Source: Lytechinus pictus
Taxonomy: Eukaryota
DNA length: 64,000 nucleotides
Reading direction: 5' to 3'
Assembly: GCF_037042905.1 (NCBI RefSeq)
Contig: NC_087245.1
Span: 38,814,001-38,878,000, forward strand
The position numbers and the translations under genes were made by a program. Each line of letters begins with the position of its first letter. Position 1 is the first letter of the stretch. The notes under the pieces were generated by a model that saw only the letters and a program-made list of their open reading frames with translations, was not told the origin of the DNA and made no database searches. This document shows positions 1-13,797 of this stretch, piece by piece.

Positions 1-59
1 TGTATCCACCTTTTTGTGCAGGATGCATGCATGAACGTTTGTAAACTTCACGCAAGCCT

Positions 60-700
60 CCCTACCTCTCTCCCTCCTCTTTGTTTACCTCCCTACCATT
101 CATCTCTCTCCTTCCAGTACCATCAGACTTTAAATTGGCTGGGTTTTTATTTTAAGAGTAAATCTCTCATCCCATCTCTCTCTCTCTCTCTCCCTCACTG
201 CCATAACCATTTTCCTATTAATTAGAGCATCAATAATCAAATCTTTGATCTTCCCACTACCAGCCTTTATCGGTCTCTCCTCCCTATCTCATTCTCTGCC
301 TACTTCTCTATCTATCTCTACCTCAATACCATTCCTCAACCTTTCTCTCTCCTTCATTCCAGTGTCATCAGACACGCCTGTCCTTTTAAAGGAAAATATC
401 CCATCCCATCTCTCTGTTTCTCTCTCTCTTTCCTTCACTGTCATAACCACTTTCCCTTTTATCACATCAATAAATCAAATCTTTGTTCTTTGATCCTCCC
501 ACTATCTGTCGTTAATTCATCGGTCACACTCACCCTCTCTCTCTTTCTCTCTCCTATCCTCCTTACTTGCAACCATTTCTTAACCTTTCTCTCTCCTCCA
601 CGCCCGTGTCAACGCACTTGGCTAGCCAGCGTTAATCACTAATTCAATCTTAAACCCTCCCACCAGCCTTCATCATTATCGGTCTAGAGCAAGAGCGTCC
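60..700. repeat. Diverged tandem repeat, about 240-bp pyrimidine-rich unit, 2-3 copies
   Basis: Recurring ACCATT..CTCTCTCCT and CATCAATAA..TCAAATCTTTG..CCCACTA blocks at about 240-nt spacing. Confidence 0.6.
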
Positions 701-3700
701 ATTCATTTCACCCACACATGCAAATGGATACAATGAACGGTACAACCTTCCAAATTGCCAAGATATAACAAGGAAATCCCGCGAGATGATTGGATTTTCT
801 CATTCAGCCAGTTCATAGATTCATCTCATACAGCCCCTGCCCCACTGGCTTTCCTCCCCCCCCCCCAAAAAAAAAAATCATCAAGGCTGAAGTGAATATA
901 TATATACCGTATTCCAAACTCCAGTTTAACTAATCAAACCATGGTATAATAATTAAGTCTACGCTAAAATTATGAAAATCTATAAGTGTCAAACATTTGT
1001 TAGCACTGCCAGAATTGGCTAGACCTCACGAGCCTCCCTGGGTTAAACTGCAAATATGATTATTAGAAAGGATCGATAAAAGTAAGAAAAAATAACATAC
1101 AAAAAGTCTTGATTTTAGATATTTTCTCCATAACAAACAACTCTCTAATACTGTAAACAAGATATAACCCGCAATAGCTGAAACATCGCAGTTTAGTTAA
1201 TCATATCACGTTCTGATGGCAAGCGAATGTATATAACCCATTTTAATACGTTCAGACAAAAACAGACTACACAATCTTCCCGGTTATTTCGATCAGCCTT
1301 GCATGCTTCACTTCTCTCATACATTACACCAAACGATCGGACGTTCTGCCCGGGTGCACACTCAATCATCGCTGCCTTGATATGGTGATCAGAATTCCCA
1401 GAAAAAAAATGATAAAGGAAACAGCGAAATGAAGAGAAACCCTAGAACTACATTAAGCTTCCTGAATATTATGTATGATTACATCCACAACGCATCCAGC
1501 TTTACGAGGTAATCAATTAGATGCAATTTGCATTTCTGGCAACAGGATGGCATTTGATATGACCTAGAGTCCATTTGTTAGGAGGGAATATATGGGGACT
1601 CATGATGATATTACCTCGTCTGAAAAACCTAAGCCCTCTTACACAAAAAGTATGATCAGTTGTACAATTAAATGTCACAGTGGGGAAACCATGATTTACA
1701 ATTGTTAAAATCAACTGTTAATGTCAATTGTATCGATGTGTTACACCCGGCCTGATTTGATATCAAAGTAAACTATTTTAAGTTCTGCCTGATACAAGGG
1801 GGGGGGGTGGTAATAAAAAAAAATGCCTTGAAATAAACAGTTGATCCACAATTATTAAATCCATAAGTTCACCACTTTTATCGGTCGATCAACTGTAATC
1901 ACAATTCTTCCCAATATTCATTGTAAAAGTGACTTAATTAAAAACATGAAATTTCAAATTCAAATTCGATTCTTTTTTTTTCTAACAGAACAATCTAACA
2001 CAAAATGATTACATATATATTTTTCACTCTTGGTATCGAATGATATACCCTGGAAGCTAATCAAAAAGGATAAATAAAAATGCCTGTGGGTCATAATTAT
2101 GATGATTATAATTTCTACCACAAATTATGACCAGACAGGTCCCTGGATTTACATCATATACCAATTTAAAGACGGAAAAGAGAAAAATCAAACCAATAAT
2201 GATGTAACCCTGACCTGGCCGAGACTGGCTCGTTTGTTTCCAATTTAGAAAAAGAAACAAGCTTCTAAAAATAGCATCGAGGGAGCGGAAATACAATTGT
2301 AGATGGAGCGATCAGCTTTCAAATTATATCCATCAGGGCGGCATCTCATGAAGAAATGAATTGTTATAAGCTGCTGAAATCCTTGCATCTGATTGGCTCA
2401 GAGCAAATTTGTCAATGAAAAATCACTGACAACATGCTCCGTGAAGCTAGCTTCCCTAGAATTGATGTGTGCAATTGCCAGCATATTGGGGGACAATAAT
2501 GACATTGAAAGTCGCAAAAGAAGAACCTGTTGTTTTTCAAAATGTAAATGAAGGATTTTCATTAGCACGATCATTTCTTGCCAACTCGTGCGTACGATGT
2601 CGACTCGATTGCGGCTGCATACGTAAAACAGGAGAACCAGTTTGAATGCAAATTGAGTGGCATCCAAACGGGGCATCATCGTCAGTTGATATGAATGCTA
2701 AGAGGAATTAATCTCCTATGAAATGATACTAGAAGTCACATGGCATCATGCATGGTCATTTTCTTTTTTCTGATGATTCAAGTTGTCGTATTAAATTTCA
2801 AAGAGGGAGGCGGCGCGTGTCCAACATGTGAATTTGTCGGCATTCACCAAAAATCTTATAAATAAAATCCAAGGGCTACAGCAGAGTCATGATAGCATGG
2901 GCTAGTGCATCCAAGGAACCTCATTTAACACAACTATTTAACTAGCTTTATAAAACGGCCCCCGGGATGTTTGCAGAGGAGGTAATGCTTTTGAAAAACT
3001 ATGGCGCATTATTGTTAAAATCACTTAAGTGAGAATTTTTTGTCAAGCATTAAATCAATCACCTCTTGTCCATTCCATTCAAGTGCTAGCATTGAAGTGA
3101 AAGTGAGGAGAATGCTGCCTTTGCCAAAACGAACTAGCCAATGACTAAAACTAGGATAATGCCAACTAAGCAATTAAGACTGCAAGAATGAACAATTATT
3201 CCTTGATCACATAACTCTTCAAGAATAATACAGAATAAATTACTGTCAAAGAGCTGCACCTAATCAAAAACAATATTGTAAATGTTACCCTTGTTCTGCA
3301 GTGCTTAGCACTGCACGCCTGAAGTTTCCTGACATGGCAAATATCAGTGCTTGTAGTACTCATTCAACATGTAGCTGTGCATGCACATCCCAGATATATC
3401 CAAATGTTCAAAGTAGATTTGTTGCAATGTTAATAATTCCTAATCTGCTGTGCAAACCAGTTTCAGTCAAGTAAAGTGGGCTGAATGTGCAACTAGCCTG
3501 CAATGACTTGAGTACAGTTAAGACCCTTGAAACAACAAGCTTTACATGTACTAGTCTGTGCCTGTAGACTATTTATCTCCTGAGTTGCACATTAAGGCAC
3601 AATGCACTTCAGAATGCTAAATCCCATTCAATAAGACTTAAGAATTGTGAATAATTGAATTCCACCTGTTCTCCTATTCTCTCTATAAAAAAAAAACAAG

Positions 3701-4442
3701 TATACCTGTGCAATGAATGGCTTCTAAATAAACAGAATGCTTGCCTGATTTGTTGAATTTGAAAGCAGTAATTCAGCTGATAGTTTTCAGATATGTAAAA
3801 CTTCACAACGGGGAGAAGATAATCTGGTGCTGAATGTGGTTCATTCTATTCTTGTGTCTCTTTATCTCTCAATCTAGCCCCCCCCCCTCCTTGTGATCTT
3901 TCTTTCTCTCCTGACAAAAATTCCTCATTTATACTTTATTGCATCTCTCTTCTCCTTTTCTCCTATCCCCTCCCCGTTTTCTCTATGATACATCTATTTT
4001 CTCGCACCAATCTATTTATGTCTTATTCTCTTCATTAAATCTCCTCTCCTCTCGATCTTTCTAATTTGTTCTCTACATCTCTATCTCTCTCACTCCTATC
4101 CTCACCCTCTTTCCTCTGTCGATCTCTCCCCCCCCCCCTCTCTCTCTCTTAATTAAAACAGAGTACAACAACATTTACAGGTGCAGAAAAGTGAATATAA
4201 TAATAATAATAATAATAAATGTGATTTGTAATGCGCCAAATCCACTCTGCAGAGTGCTCAAGGCACAGTGAAAGAAAGAGAGAGAGAACATTACAAATAC
4301 AAAGATTGAATAAATAGCATTCTTATGCTACCACTAAGATGGGGGAAAACACACAAACCTGGATCCAGAGTAATTTACAAACAAATATTTTAGCATTTAA
4401 AATGTGAGAAAAAAATATCAGGAAATTTGATCAATTACTCAC

Positions 4443-4468
4443 AAAATAGATGAGATGAATGCCGGCAT
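4443..4468 (-). CDS. RIMS: Coding part of a candidate alternative first exon (MPAFISSI + 2 nt) of a short RIM isoform
   Basis: gcaagATG (A at -3) is the first ATG after the putative TSS near 4741; it ends at TT|gtgagt in phase 2, the phase of the intron it sits in. Confidence 0.6.
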
Positions 4469-4734
4469 CTTGCTATGTATTTTTCTGTCCTCTTTAAGAA
4501 TCAAAATGAATCAGCTTTGCGCTGCTCAATGGCAATTGATGGCAATACAAATCGACTTGTTTGAAAATATAGAAATCTTCTGATCTCAAAAATACACAAA
4601 GCTGAAGGCACGGCTTGCTTGCGTTGAAAATGTGAAAAAGGCAAAAATAAAATAAACAAACACGACAGAGCCAGCTGTGTGTTGGAGCCTTCAACCCGCA
4701 AAGGCAGAGGATGTTCCACGGTGAATGTTAGAGC

Positions 4735-4850
4735 GGAGAGTGAGAGAAGCGGCAGGAGGCTTGCCAATTTATAGTAGAACATCAGCACAGCATATCTAGT
4801 GGGCAAAGATCTACGCTGGTGAGCCACTATAGCTGCGTGCTGATTGGCTG
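4735..4850 (-). promoter_or_regulatory. Candidate internal core promoter (CCAAT box, TATA box, initiator)
   Basis: On the minus strand: AGCCAATCAG (CCAAT 4847-4843), TATAAA (4773-4768) and Inr-like TCACTCT with A at 4741, 32 nt from the first T of TATA. Confidence 0.6.
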
Positions 4851-7121
4851 GTGGGATTGTCATTAGGGTTTTCTGCTCCATGGTTCATGCATTCTGTATG
4901 AGGTGCAGATATAGGTATGATCAAATCAGAGCAGAGATGACCATGGGCCGTTTATTCTTTGCTTTCATCTTTTTTTTATTTTAAATTTCTATTATTCTTC
5001 TTCACATCTCTTGTTATAAAATTTTACATCATTTTACTCAGTCTCAGATGCTTTCATTAGAAAGAGGACTTGGGTTAATTGTCTAATTCACATATCATTT
5101 TTTTAAATATAATAATACTTGGTTCTTATATTATCCAACCGATAATAGAAACACCACAAACCCCCAAGCAACAACAACAACAACAACTTTCTTATCCTTT
5201 ACAGTACATTCGATGCCCTCTCAATGTCTCTCCCCTGATATTCTTGAGAAATTCCCCTTGTTTTGCTTCTTGGTTGCATTTATAAAATTAATTCAAACAA
5301 AAATTATTTTTTCTTTAATTCAAAGTACTGTGGGTATATTTCACATCTTTAGTATTGTTACCTTGAGGTTGCCATGGAAGCCACACCTTTCCATCATAGC
5401 AAGGTATATAAGGTATATGCAGTGGAATGTATCGTGTGGCAGGGTTAAGGAGGTCCCATGGAAACTATTTAAAAAGCCCAGGATTTACAGTTCTCTCTTA
5501 AAATTGAGGAGTGTGGGAGCATCAATATGGCAGACTATTAAGGAAGCTTATTCCAGTGTCTGTGTCTGTCATAATACATGTGTGCACTGGAATAGACAAT
5601 ATTTGGTTTCATGTATACAAAGTTCAACTATACTCTATTTTTTTGTTGATTTTCATACTGTCTTTAAAAAAATCTTGAGATTGGGAGTGACTTTTACTTG
5701 TTGAGTGATTTTTACACCTTCAAAAGTGAAATTTGAGTGAGAAATTTGTTCATTCACTCTAAATTCACTCAAAATTGAGTAATCTTGACATCACTACCAT
5801 GGGGGGGGGGTAAAAATTAGAGAAATTTCACTCTTTTCTCTTTTAAGAGAAGCAAACAATGATTACTATCATTACAAATTTTGCTGTAACATCTCTTTAT
5901 CCAATACTATTTCTGTACTTCAATATGAGTTTAAATGGAAATAGAAGTCTGTTTTTATCTTTTATACAGTTATGCCCCAACTCCTAAGGGTTGCTGTCTC
6001 CCATTCATCTCCCTTTCCTATCATTCTCACTTGAATTCCTTTTCCCCTCTCATTTCCATATCTTTTCTTCTCTGTCATCCCACCCACCTCTTTAAACCTT
6101 TCCACCATCTTAGCAATTTCTTGGATCATAGGGAGGATACAGACTGTATTAACAAAAAGGTTACATTTTGGGAAAAGCTTTAAAATAATGACCGTTTCTA
6201 AATACGAAGGATGGTTTCTCTGATTTTGATAGAAGCTCAAAAGTCTCTCTAATCAAATGATATCAAAGACACATTTTTTTATAAAAGCTTGAACAAACAT
6301 TGAAACTTATGTCTAGGGTATAAACATGGCTTGCATCAAAATAAAAGAATGGCCAAGATATTAAAGCAGCAGTCTAGATTAGAAACTACCGAAAGTCTTG
6401 CTCTTCGCATCCATTCATGAAAATGACTGAATTATGTTCTCTTTTTCAGTTTCACGTTTGTAACATTCTATTTGTTTCATAATTTGCTTGATCACCAACT
6501 TCAAAATCCTTCTTTTGATTTAATTTGATAACGGATGCATCTGACCGTCAATCACTACCTCAAAACTATATTATAAAGAAACATGATTTAGACAGTTTTC
6601 CCTAAAATGTATTTTTTTAATATACACTGTATAGTTGATTAAATGAAGACATTTTTGCTTCCTCATCATGCAACTCTAATGAGGTATCTAGCTGAAGCAC
6701 ACATGTACCAATTTATATTTCAGGGCATGGATCATTTTGCCTATATCTTTTTTTTTTTAATGATTATATCTAACCAAATCTTATCCACCTGGTGATTCAA
6801 AAATCGATTTTCCCTTTTTTCAACCTTGGACTATTTCATCATGATCTAAAATAATCGTAACTTTTTAATTATGCTAACTGTCATGGAAACCTTGATTTTA
6901 ATTGGCATTGGGATTTCCAGATTCAAGGAACAATTTTTTAATACATATAATTATAAAGCATTCTCCTCCGGCAAACTTAGAATAGATATTCACAAAGAAG
7001 AATATAGAACCGGATTTTCAGATTTAGATTTTTTTTACTGCATCTTTGTTTTACTGCATCTTTATTGTTCTTACAATTACAACTTCCAATATCCCTAAGT
7101 TGTTCCAATCTTCAAGTACAT

Positions 7122-7256
7122 CTGGGGCCCGTAACACAAAACTTAGCAATGATCGTAGAACATTTTTCTACGATTGATTCCATTGACTACAATGTACCAT
7201 CAATCATGAAAATCAAGCGTACGATCAATCGCTAACCTTTGTGTTACGGGACCCAG
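7122..7256. mobile_element. Small palindromic MITE
   Basis: CTGGGGCCCGTAACACAAA ... TTTGTGTTACGGGACCCAG terminal inverted repeats. Confidence 0.8.
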
Positions 7257-7872
7257 ATCGAATATCCTGCTCCTATTCAAAGTCCCATGGTACGGCTTCG
7301 GCTTTGTGAGATCCTACATTAAGTGCTTTCAGACCGAACGGACTTACAAACCGACAACGCAGGGTATTCCTCGATTTGGAAACTATACTCTCTGATCTAC
7401 CACCCTTTTTATCTTGAATATTGTAATTGTTAAGTTATTATTCATCTTAAATTATTATTCATACATTGTACGCGCTATGGTACATTTTGTTTTTAGCGCC
7501 TCTAAATATCCATTATTATTATTATTATTATTACCACAATCACAGAATACCTGGTATTATTATCACTGTGCATTAAAGCAAATACTCAAATATCCCTCAA
7601 AATAAAATATTTGCTAATTAGTGGGTATTTTGGGAAATTACAAGAACTCCCAGCATCCCAGCATGTACCCTGGTTGTAGGAGCCAGAGGGTGCGGGTTCC
7701 TATAGCTGGCTGAACTAGCAATATCTCAATTGAGCACCTTGCTTGTGTAGAGTAGCCAAATGTTTGCAGGTCTGAAAAACAGACTAAACTAGGTATTGTA
7801 GGTCTATGGTCATAATAATTTGAAGAGGATACCCTAAATGGGTCTGTTTTGGGGGCTTGTGCCATCACATGG

Positions 7873-8109
7873 GGCAATCGCGAAACCCGACCATTTGAGA
7901 AAAGGGCCCCCTAAGATCCCAAAATGTCAGGTCCAGTTTACCCGCCCATTCAAGTATTTGGCTATTATTTTCACAAAACATGGGGTAAATGAGACCCGAC
8001 CTTTCGGAAATTTGGAGGACCTTTTCTTGAATGGTTGTGTAAACTGGACTCGAAGTTTCAGCAATTTAGGGGGACCCTTTTCTCTAATGGTCGGGCTACG
8101 CGAACGCCC
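7873..8109. mobile_element. MITE with imperfect TIRs
   Basis: GGGCAATCGCGAAACCCGACCATTTGAGAAAAGGG ... CCTTTTCTCTAATGGTCGGGCTACGCGAACGCCC. Confidence 0.7.
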
Positions 8110-8515
8110 GACCAGACACCATAACCCAACGTGATTTCACAAGCCCGGTTTGGGTGGATATAAGTACAGAATATAATCAAAGATATCGAGGACTGGACAA
8201 GTTCTTACAATAGTTGATATTTTGGTAATCGAGTTGGTCTGAAGGCATCATCAATTCCAAACCAGAACAAATTAAACATCAGGATGTAATTATGATGGTC
8301 TGAGTTGTACATCTTCATATCTATTTACAGAAGCTATTACAAAAAGAATTTTACCGGAAAAAGGGGCGAACTGAGTGATTTTGCTTTAATCACCATCACC
8401 TCCACAAAGTTTATGATTTTCAAGAAGTCACGAAAGGAAACAGACGACATGGATGCTTTGCAAGAAATCCTGATTGTGGAGGTGGTTTTTTTTAATTATT
8501 TATAGGAAACATAGG

Positions 8516-8949
8516 GGCCCGAATTCACAAAGGTGGTTTTGAAAACCCACGGCTGAGTCCATGGTTTATGCAGATTTACAGTATAAATTACGCTTAATTT
8601 ACCGCGTATCGGGCGCGTTATAAAACATGTCCAATGCTGATGCGCGCTTTTGTCACAGTGCGCCAAATTGACGCCTGTTACCATGGTTAGATACGCTATT
8701 TCATTCATGAGTCCACTGTTTGAAGAGCGGACTCATGAATAAAAACAGTGGACTCATGAATAAAATGGCGTATCTAACCATGGTAACAGGCGTCAATTTG
8801 GTACACTGTGACAAATGCGCGCATCAGCATTGGACATGTTTTATACACGCGCCCGATACGCGCTAAATTAAGCGTAATTTATACAGGAAATCTACATAAA
8901 CCATGGACTCAACCGTGGGTTTTCAAAACCACCTTTGTGAATTCGGGCC
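8516..8949. mobile_element. Foldback MITE, copy 1
   Basis: Near-fully palindromic: GGCCCGAATTCACAAAGGTGGTTTTGAAAAC ... GTTTTCAAAACCACCTTTGTGAATTCGGGCC; a second copy is at 52925-53347. Confidence 0.9.
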
Positions 8950-9439
8950 AGGATGTTTTCAACTTCAAACAATCTCCAATTTTTCATAGATAAAGGTCAT
9001 ATCTGTCCTTATAATGATGTAAATGAAAAACAAAGGGGAAACCCATTTCTTTCAAGTTTTTTTTTCTGTGAAACCTAGGTATTTCAAGGAGGAACAACAA
9101 ACTAACAAAATTGTTTTGGAGGTCAAATCTTTCCCGAACGATGTTGATTTGTAAATTAAACACAAAGGGAAAACACAAGACAGTAGAAAAGTGCCAGTAA
9201 ACATGAATTCTTGAAGGTTTTCTTCATATTGAGAGTCCAACAAATAGCTCTTCTTCTCGAAATAAGCAACTTTCATATATTTCTTGATTTATCAAAAGTA
9301 TCACTTTATCATTCAAATGCTTAAGATGATTTCATTGAGGCTTTCTGAAAATTTACCAAATCCAATCCATTTTTTTTTTGCTTTTTTTTTGTTGTTTAAA
9401 TCTCACCAAAATTGACCATCTGAATAGGTATAAAAGTAA

Positions 9440-10060
9440 GGGAAAGATATTAGTGTCATCGCCTGTAGACGTTGTGCGCGGTCGCCGCGGCTGATTGAAT
9501 GCTTCAACGAATCGGATTTTACTTCCAGGCGCGGCGCTAGTACCCGAAACAAAAACTATTTCCCTTTCCATCTTTGTCAGGAATTTACGGGAATTATATA
9601 CATATTTTGGAAGCTCACATCATCAGGTAATAAGCATGAATTAGCGATTCACCAGAGGAAAATTTTTGCGTCCAGGTTCTTGTCCCTTTGAATATTTGTC
9701 ACGCCTTCCAACCAATTCATTACGGCACACATCGTCATTCATTATACTAGTAGTTGCACCCTCACAAGTTCTCACGGCAAACAATAGAGGTAAGGAACTC
9801 CTCTACACGCACCAATAAATTCCTCTTGGCTTGCCAGCCCAATGCCCGCGAACAATAGAGGTGCCAAAGCGCGGCTGCACGGGCTCGTTATGTCACTCCA
9901 CGATGGTCGCAGGGGTGCTCTATTGATATGCAAATTCAACCTCATTAACTTCATGGCGTGCAAGCCCGTGCATGAAAAGTAATGAGCGCGTGTACACGCG
10001 TTTGCACACCCCTCCCGGATATTGACGTCTCGCCTTAGTCAACGTGAGTAGGCTGTCTTG
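9440..10060. promoter_or_regulatory. CpG-rich intronic island, candidate enhancer or second internal promoter
   Basis: Locally CpG-rich and apparently unique. AACAATAGAGGT occurs twice (9780, 9851; Sox-type), TATTGATATGCAAAT at 9921-9935 contains an octamer, and TGACGTCT is at 10023. Confidence 0.45.
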
Positions 10061-11475
10061 GGGAAAAAATCATTTTGGGTAATTTATATCTCTCCTTTTT
10101 AGAGAACTTGGGTGGGTTCTAAACCTTGAATATTTCCCTTCCTTCCTTATTCTTGCTATATATATTCGTCCCATCCTCTTACTAATGAGAAATATGGGAT
10201 AATAAATTTTGATAATTCTGTTTCCAGTAAACAACTAATCCTCTCTTTATCCCTTCCTCACTTCTCGAGTTTCCTACTTATTTCTCTGGAAACCAGGTGC
10301 TTAAGTTCATACAGCCTCATTAGATACTAATTTGCAGAACACATTGTTTTCGGATGGCAAGAGCTAATGCACTCCTGGGACCATATTTCACAAAACTTGA
10401 AATAAATTGCGAGTTACATGCAACGATTGCAATCTACTTGAATACAGTGCCATTTGAATCGCTAAACAGATTTTTTTCAGTATCCCTTTTGTGAAACATG
10501 GCCTTCCTGTCGGGTTTTAATGCTGATTAGTACTCTCTTAAGGAACGTGGAGTGGAAAGTCCCTGGATACCTCTACTTTCAATCCCTTAAAATCAATCTA
10601 ATTGTCTTAAGGACAAAAATAATTAGGAATGTACTTCCAGTGCTCTTAAAACTACAGAGAGCAATTCACTTTTATATGAAATGTGGAATATGCGTCTGGC
10701 AGTGGGCGTTCTCGCCTGCATTATGCTATACAATATACTTGAAGTGCTGTCTGAAAAAAATAAAATAATGAAATAATATTTTCAGAAAGAGAGAAAAAAC
10801 ATGTTGATTTCATTTTTAAAAATCATAATTTTGTTGACCTTGACTAAGGAACTTGCAATCAATTTTTTGGGGACTAAAGAGAATGGATGATAATTTTGAA
10901 TCTTCTATCTACCTCATCAATAATCAAAATGTCCTCTCCAAGCTTGAAGATGCTTAGTGCTATTGTTAAAGTCTTTATTCTTTAGAATCTGTCAATGAAT
11001 CACAACAGATAACTAGCTTCTAACACCAAATATGCAGTTACGATAGTAATGAAAAGAATTTTATGCCCATTAAGTCTGTCTATTGCCGCACAAAGATGCA
11101 TTATTAAGTTTCAAGTAAGTGCACCGCTTTCCAGTTCAGAGCACAGATGGCTATCATGTGCCATCGCATGTGATCTTAAAAAGAATCAACTTTTCCAAGG
11201 GTTGCACAGTTCAAGTATTTCAATAACTAACATCAATCACATTAGACTAGAAATTATCTATAAGTGGATCCTTCACCTTCTAAAAACTCTAATTCTCGCT
11301 TATCCCTCTTTGTTCCGGAATAAGTAGTGTTTGTACAACATTATTTCCTAGGGGGCGTTGAGGTAAACTGAGTAAGAACCAATCATAAGCAGTGGAAATA
11401 AAAATAAGCCTACATTCAGAGAAATGAAAACATACATTTGCATGTACAGTTAATCTGACAGGTTCAGATGGAGAC

Positions 11476-11655
11476 TAGTCTGCTGTGCAAACCCTTCACT
11501 CGAGTTAAGGGTCTGAATGTGCTGCCTACTCGTGCCTTGTGTTCTGAAGGCCCTCTCGCTCAGAATTGAAACAGCAAGTTTTGTATGTGCTAGTCTTTGC
11601 GTGGAGACACACTTGCTGATCAGAGTTTCAATCAGGGTCTGCGCCTGCAGACTAG
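11476..11655. mobile_element. Probable decayed MITE
   Basis: CTAGTCTGC..GCAAACCCT ... AGGGTCTGCGCCTGCAGACTAG inverted ends; ATGGAGACT appears at both sides. Confidence 0.55.
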
Positions 11656-13562
11656 ATGGAGACTGCATTGATCCCCTTCCCCTCACAATATTGAAAGACA
11701 AATCCCCCAATCAAGAGGGGGGGGGGGGGAATAAGCCTGAATTCAGAGAAAAAGAAAACATACAATCGAAAGGCAAAATCACCAAAAACGTGAAAGAGAG
11801 AGGAAGAGAGGGGGTGAAAGAGGGGGCGGGGGGGGGGGGGGGGGTGTTACACTTGCCCCTAACATGCATCACGTTTGCTACGAGATAGGCCAACATGAAA
11901 TCCTACTTCATCTAAGATCAGTCCCTGTGCGTTGAGTCAATCCTGAGTACAAATTATAAGTGTACTTAATAACAAGAGTCTAATGGGGCAGTGCAATTCA
12001 ACAAACTTGCGATCAATTACAAATGTATTTTGGATCTCCAAATCAGTCACATGTCTTATAATCAATCACAAATTTGCAATTGATCCCTGATCTGCTTCTC
12101 ACAAGGAATGTGAACTGAGGTTCTACAATCAAAATTGATCAATCAATTGCAATATTGAAAAACAAATTGTAATTGATTTCAGATATTTTCTGCACACACT
12201 ATCAATAAAATGACAAGCTCTACAACGCACCCATGTAAGTTTTTTTTTCTGTCTCTCCCCCACATTTTGAATGCCCCCATGAATAATTCCTGGGTTAAAA
12301 TATTGGTTGGGTGCGAATGGAAAGGGGATCATATTAGCCTGGCGTCGTCGACGATTTTAGGCTTGAGACCTTCTCTCCAGATCATCTTGCTTCCGTTTGA
12401 ATAATTATTCTTGGCAAAGAGGATGAATAAAAGATTAGAACGACAAAGGAGGGCTTCTTCAGACACCCTGCAGTCGAGATGAATAAAATATTATGCAGGA
12501 TGTGTTGCATTACAGCATAATATTTGATGTGCATTCGTAATTGTTTGACACAAAGCAGAGGAACGGGGATTAAGTTTGACTGCATTAGTAATAAAACTCT
12601 GTTATGTATCAATTCTTAATACTCATTAAGCTCATGCATGTATTTACCTGTGATACAATATAATCGTGTGATGAGGGGCTAGTTCATTTAGAATGATACC
12701 AACTAATTTGAGCTTGTAGCAAAAGGCCCATCAACTCAGTGCTTAGTAATTGATCCTTTTATGAATGATTGTATTGACAATCATGTCTAATCAATCGCAT
12801 AATCAATGACTGAATTTTGTGATATTGGACCATGTAGGTAATCCCTGTATTTTCACCAACTGAGGGAACTGATATCCTTCAAAAGATAAACAGTGGAACT
12901 CACAAGTTAGTGAACCCCATCAAAAAATGAACATATTTAAAGTGTTCACGTTCTGCCATATGTTTTAGATATTTCATTTTGAAGTCAGGAATTCAAATAT
13001 TTCATTCAATAAAGTTTGTTTCTCTGGGCTCACTGAACATTGTAGTGTTGTTGTCTCCATTCAGCACTCGGCATGGAGTGCATTTTGTGGTGGGGTTTAC
13101 TAACTTCAAAGCACGACTCTACATATCCTGTGTAATAAATCCAATGAGTTTCCTTCTACGGTTGTCTTTTTTTCTCCAAGCAAACTGCAGATGATGTCAA
13201 TCCTTCTGCAAATTGTGAATGTTATAATAACTTGGCAGTAGATCATTTCTGTTTGGATATACATTTTTTGTACACTTAATCTATGACTAATGCTAATAAA
13301 ATAAATCATGATAGTATGTTTATTATGTTATGATAAATGTATTAACTGTATGAAACGAATGCATAAGAAAACACTAAAATCAAACAAAAATCAAATGGTA
13401 GCCAAGCAGGACGACAGTCAAGGGTGCAGTGCATATATACCCAGAGCCAAACAGAACAGACGGGTTTTCATAAATCTGTTGGTAAGTTACAAGTGACTTT
13501 AGGAAGGAATGGTGATCCTTTCTGAGAAGCAAAATCAACTCTGGTGAGAATTTACAGTACAT

Positions 13563-13797
13563 CATTCACCACGAGAAAGAAAGGATCACCAGTGGCTCGT
13601 AGCTTGCGAATGGCTTTATGATACTTCCACCAGGGCAAGTGAATGCGCCGCTTGACAGGCAAAACTCTAAAGGTTTGGACATTCACCACGAGAAAGAAGG
13701 ATCACCAGTGGCTCGTAGCTTGCGAATGGCTTTATGAAACTTCCGCCAGGGCAAGCGAATGTGCTGCTTGTTAGGTTAACCTCTGAATGTTTGGACA
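13563..13797. repeat. Tandem duplication, about 117-bp unit x2
   Basis: CATTCACCACGAGAAAGAA(A)GGATCACCAGTGGCTCGTAGCTTGCGAATGGCTTTATGA...TTTGGAC is repeated directly. Confidence 0.9.

Noticed and set aside
4501..4881. 126-aa minus-strand ORF
   Set aside because: No recognisable protein features; it overlaps the candidate promoter and 5' UTR and is better explained as a chance ORF.
9407..9419. 13-nt microexon-like cag|ATGGTCAATTTTG|gtgaga with a good branch point and pyrimidine tract
   Set aside because: Not a multiple of 3 and would frameshift in the phase-2 intron; the donor is mentioned only within the CpG-island finding.
12329..12467. Possible second stop-containing exon (phase-2 entry, 45 codons)
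   Set aside because: Short, no RIM similarity and no independent support; consistent with chance.
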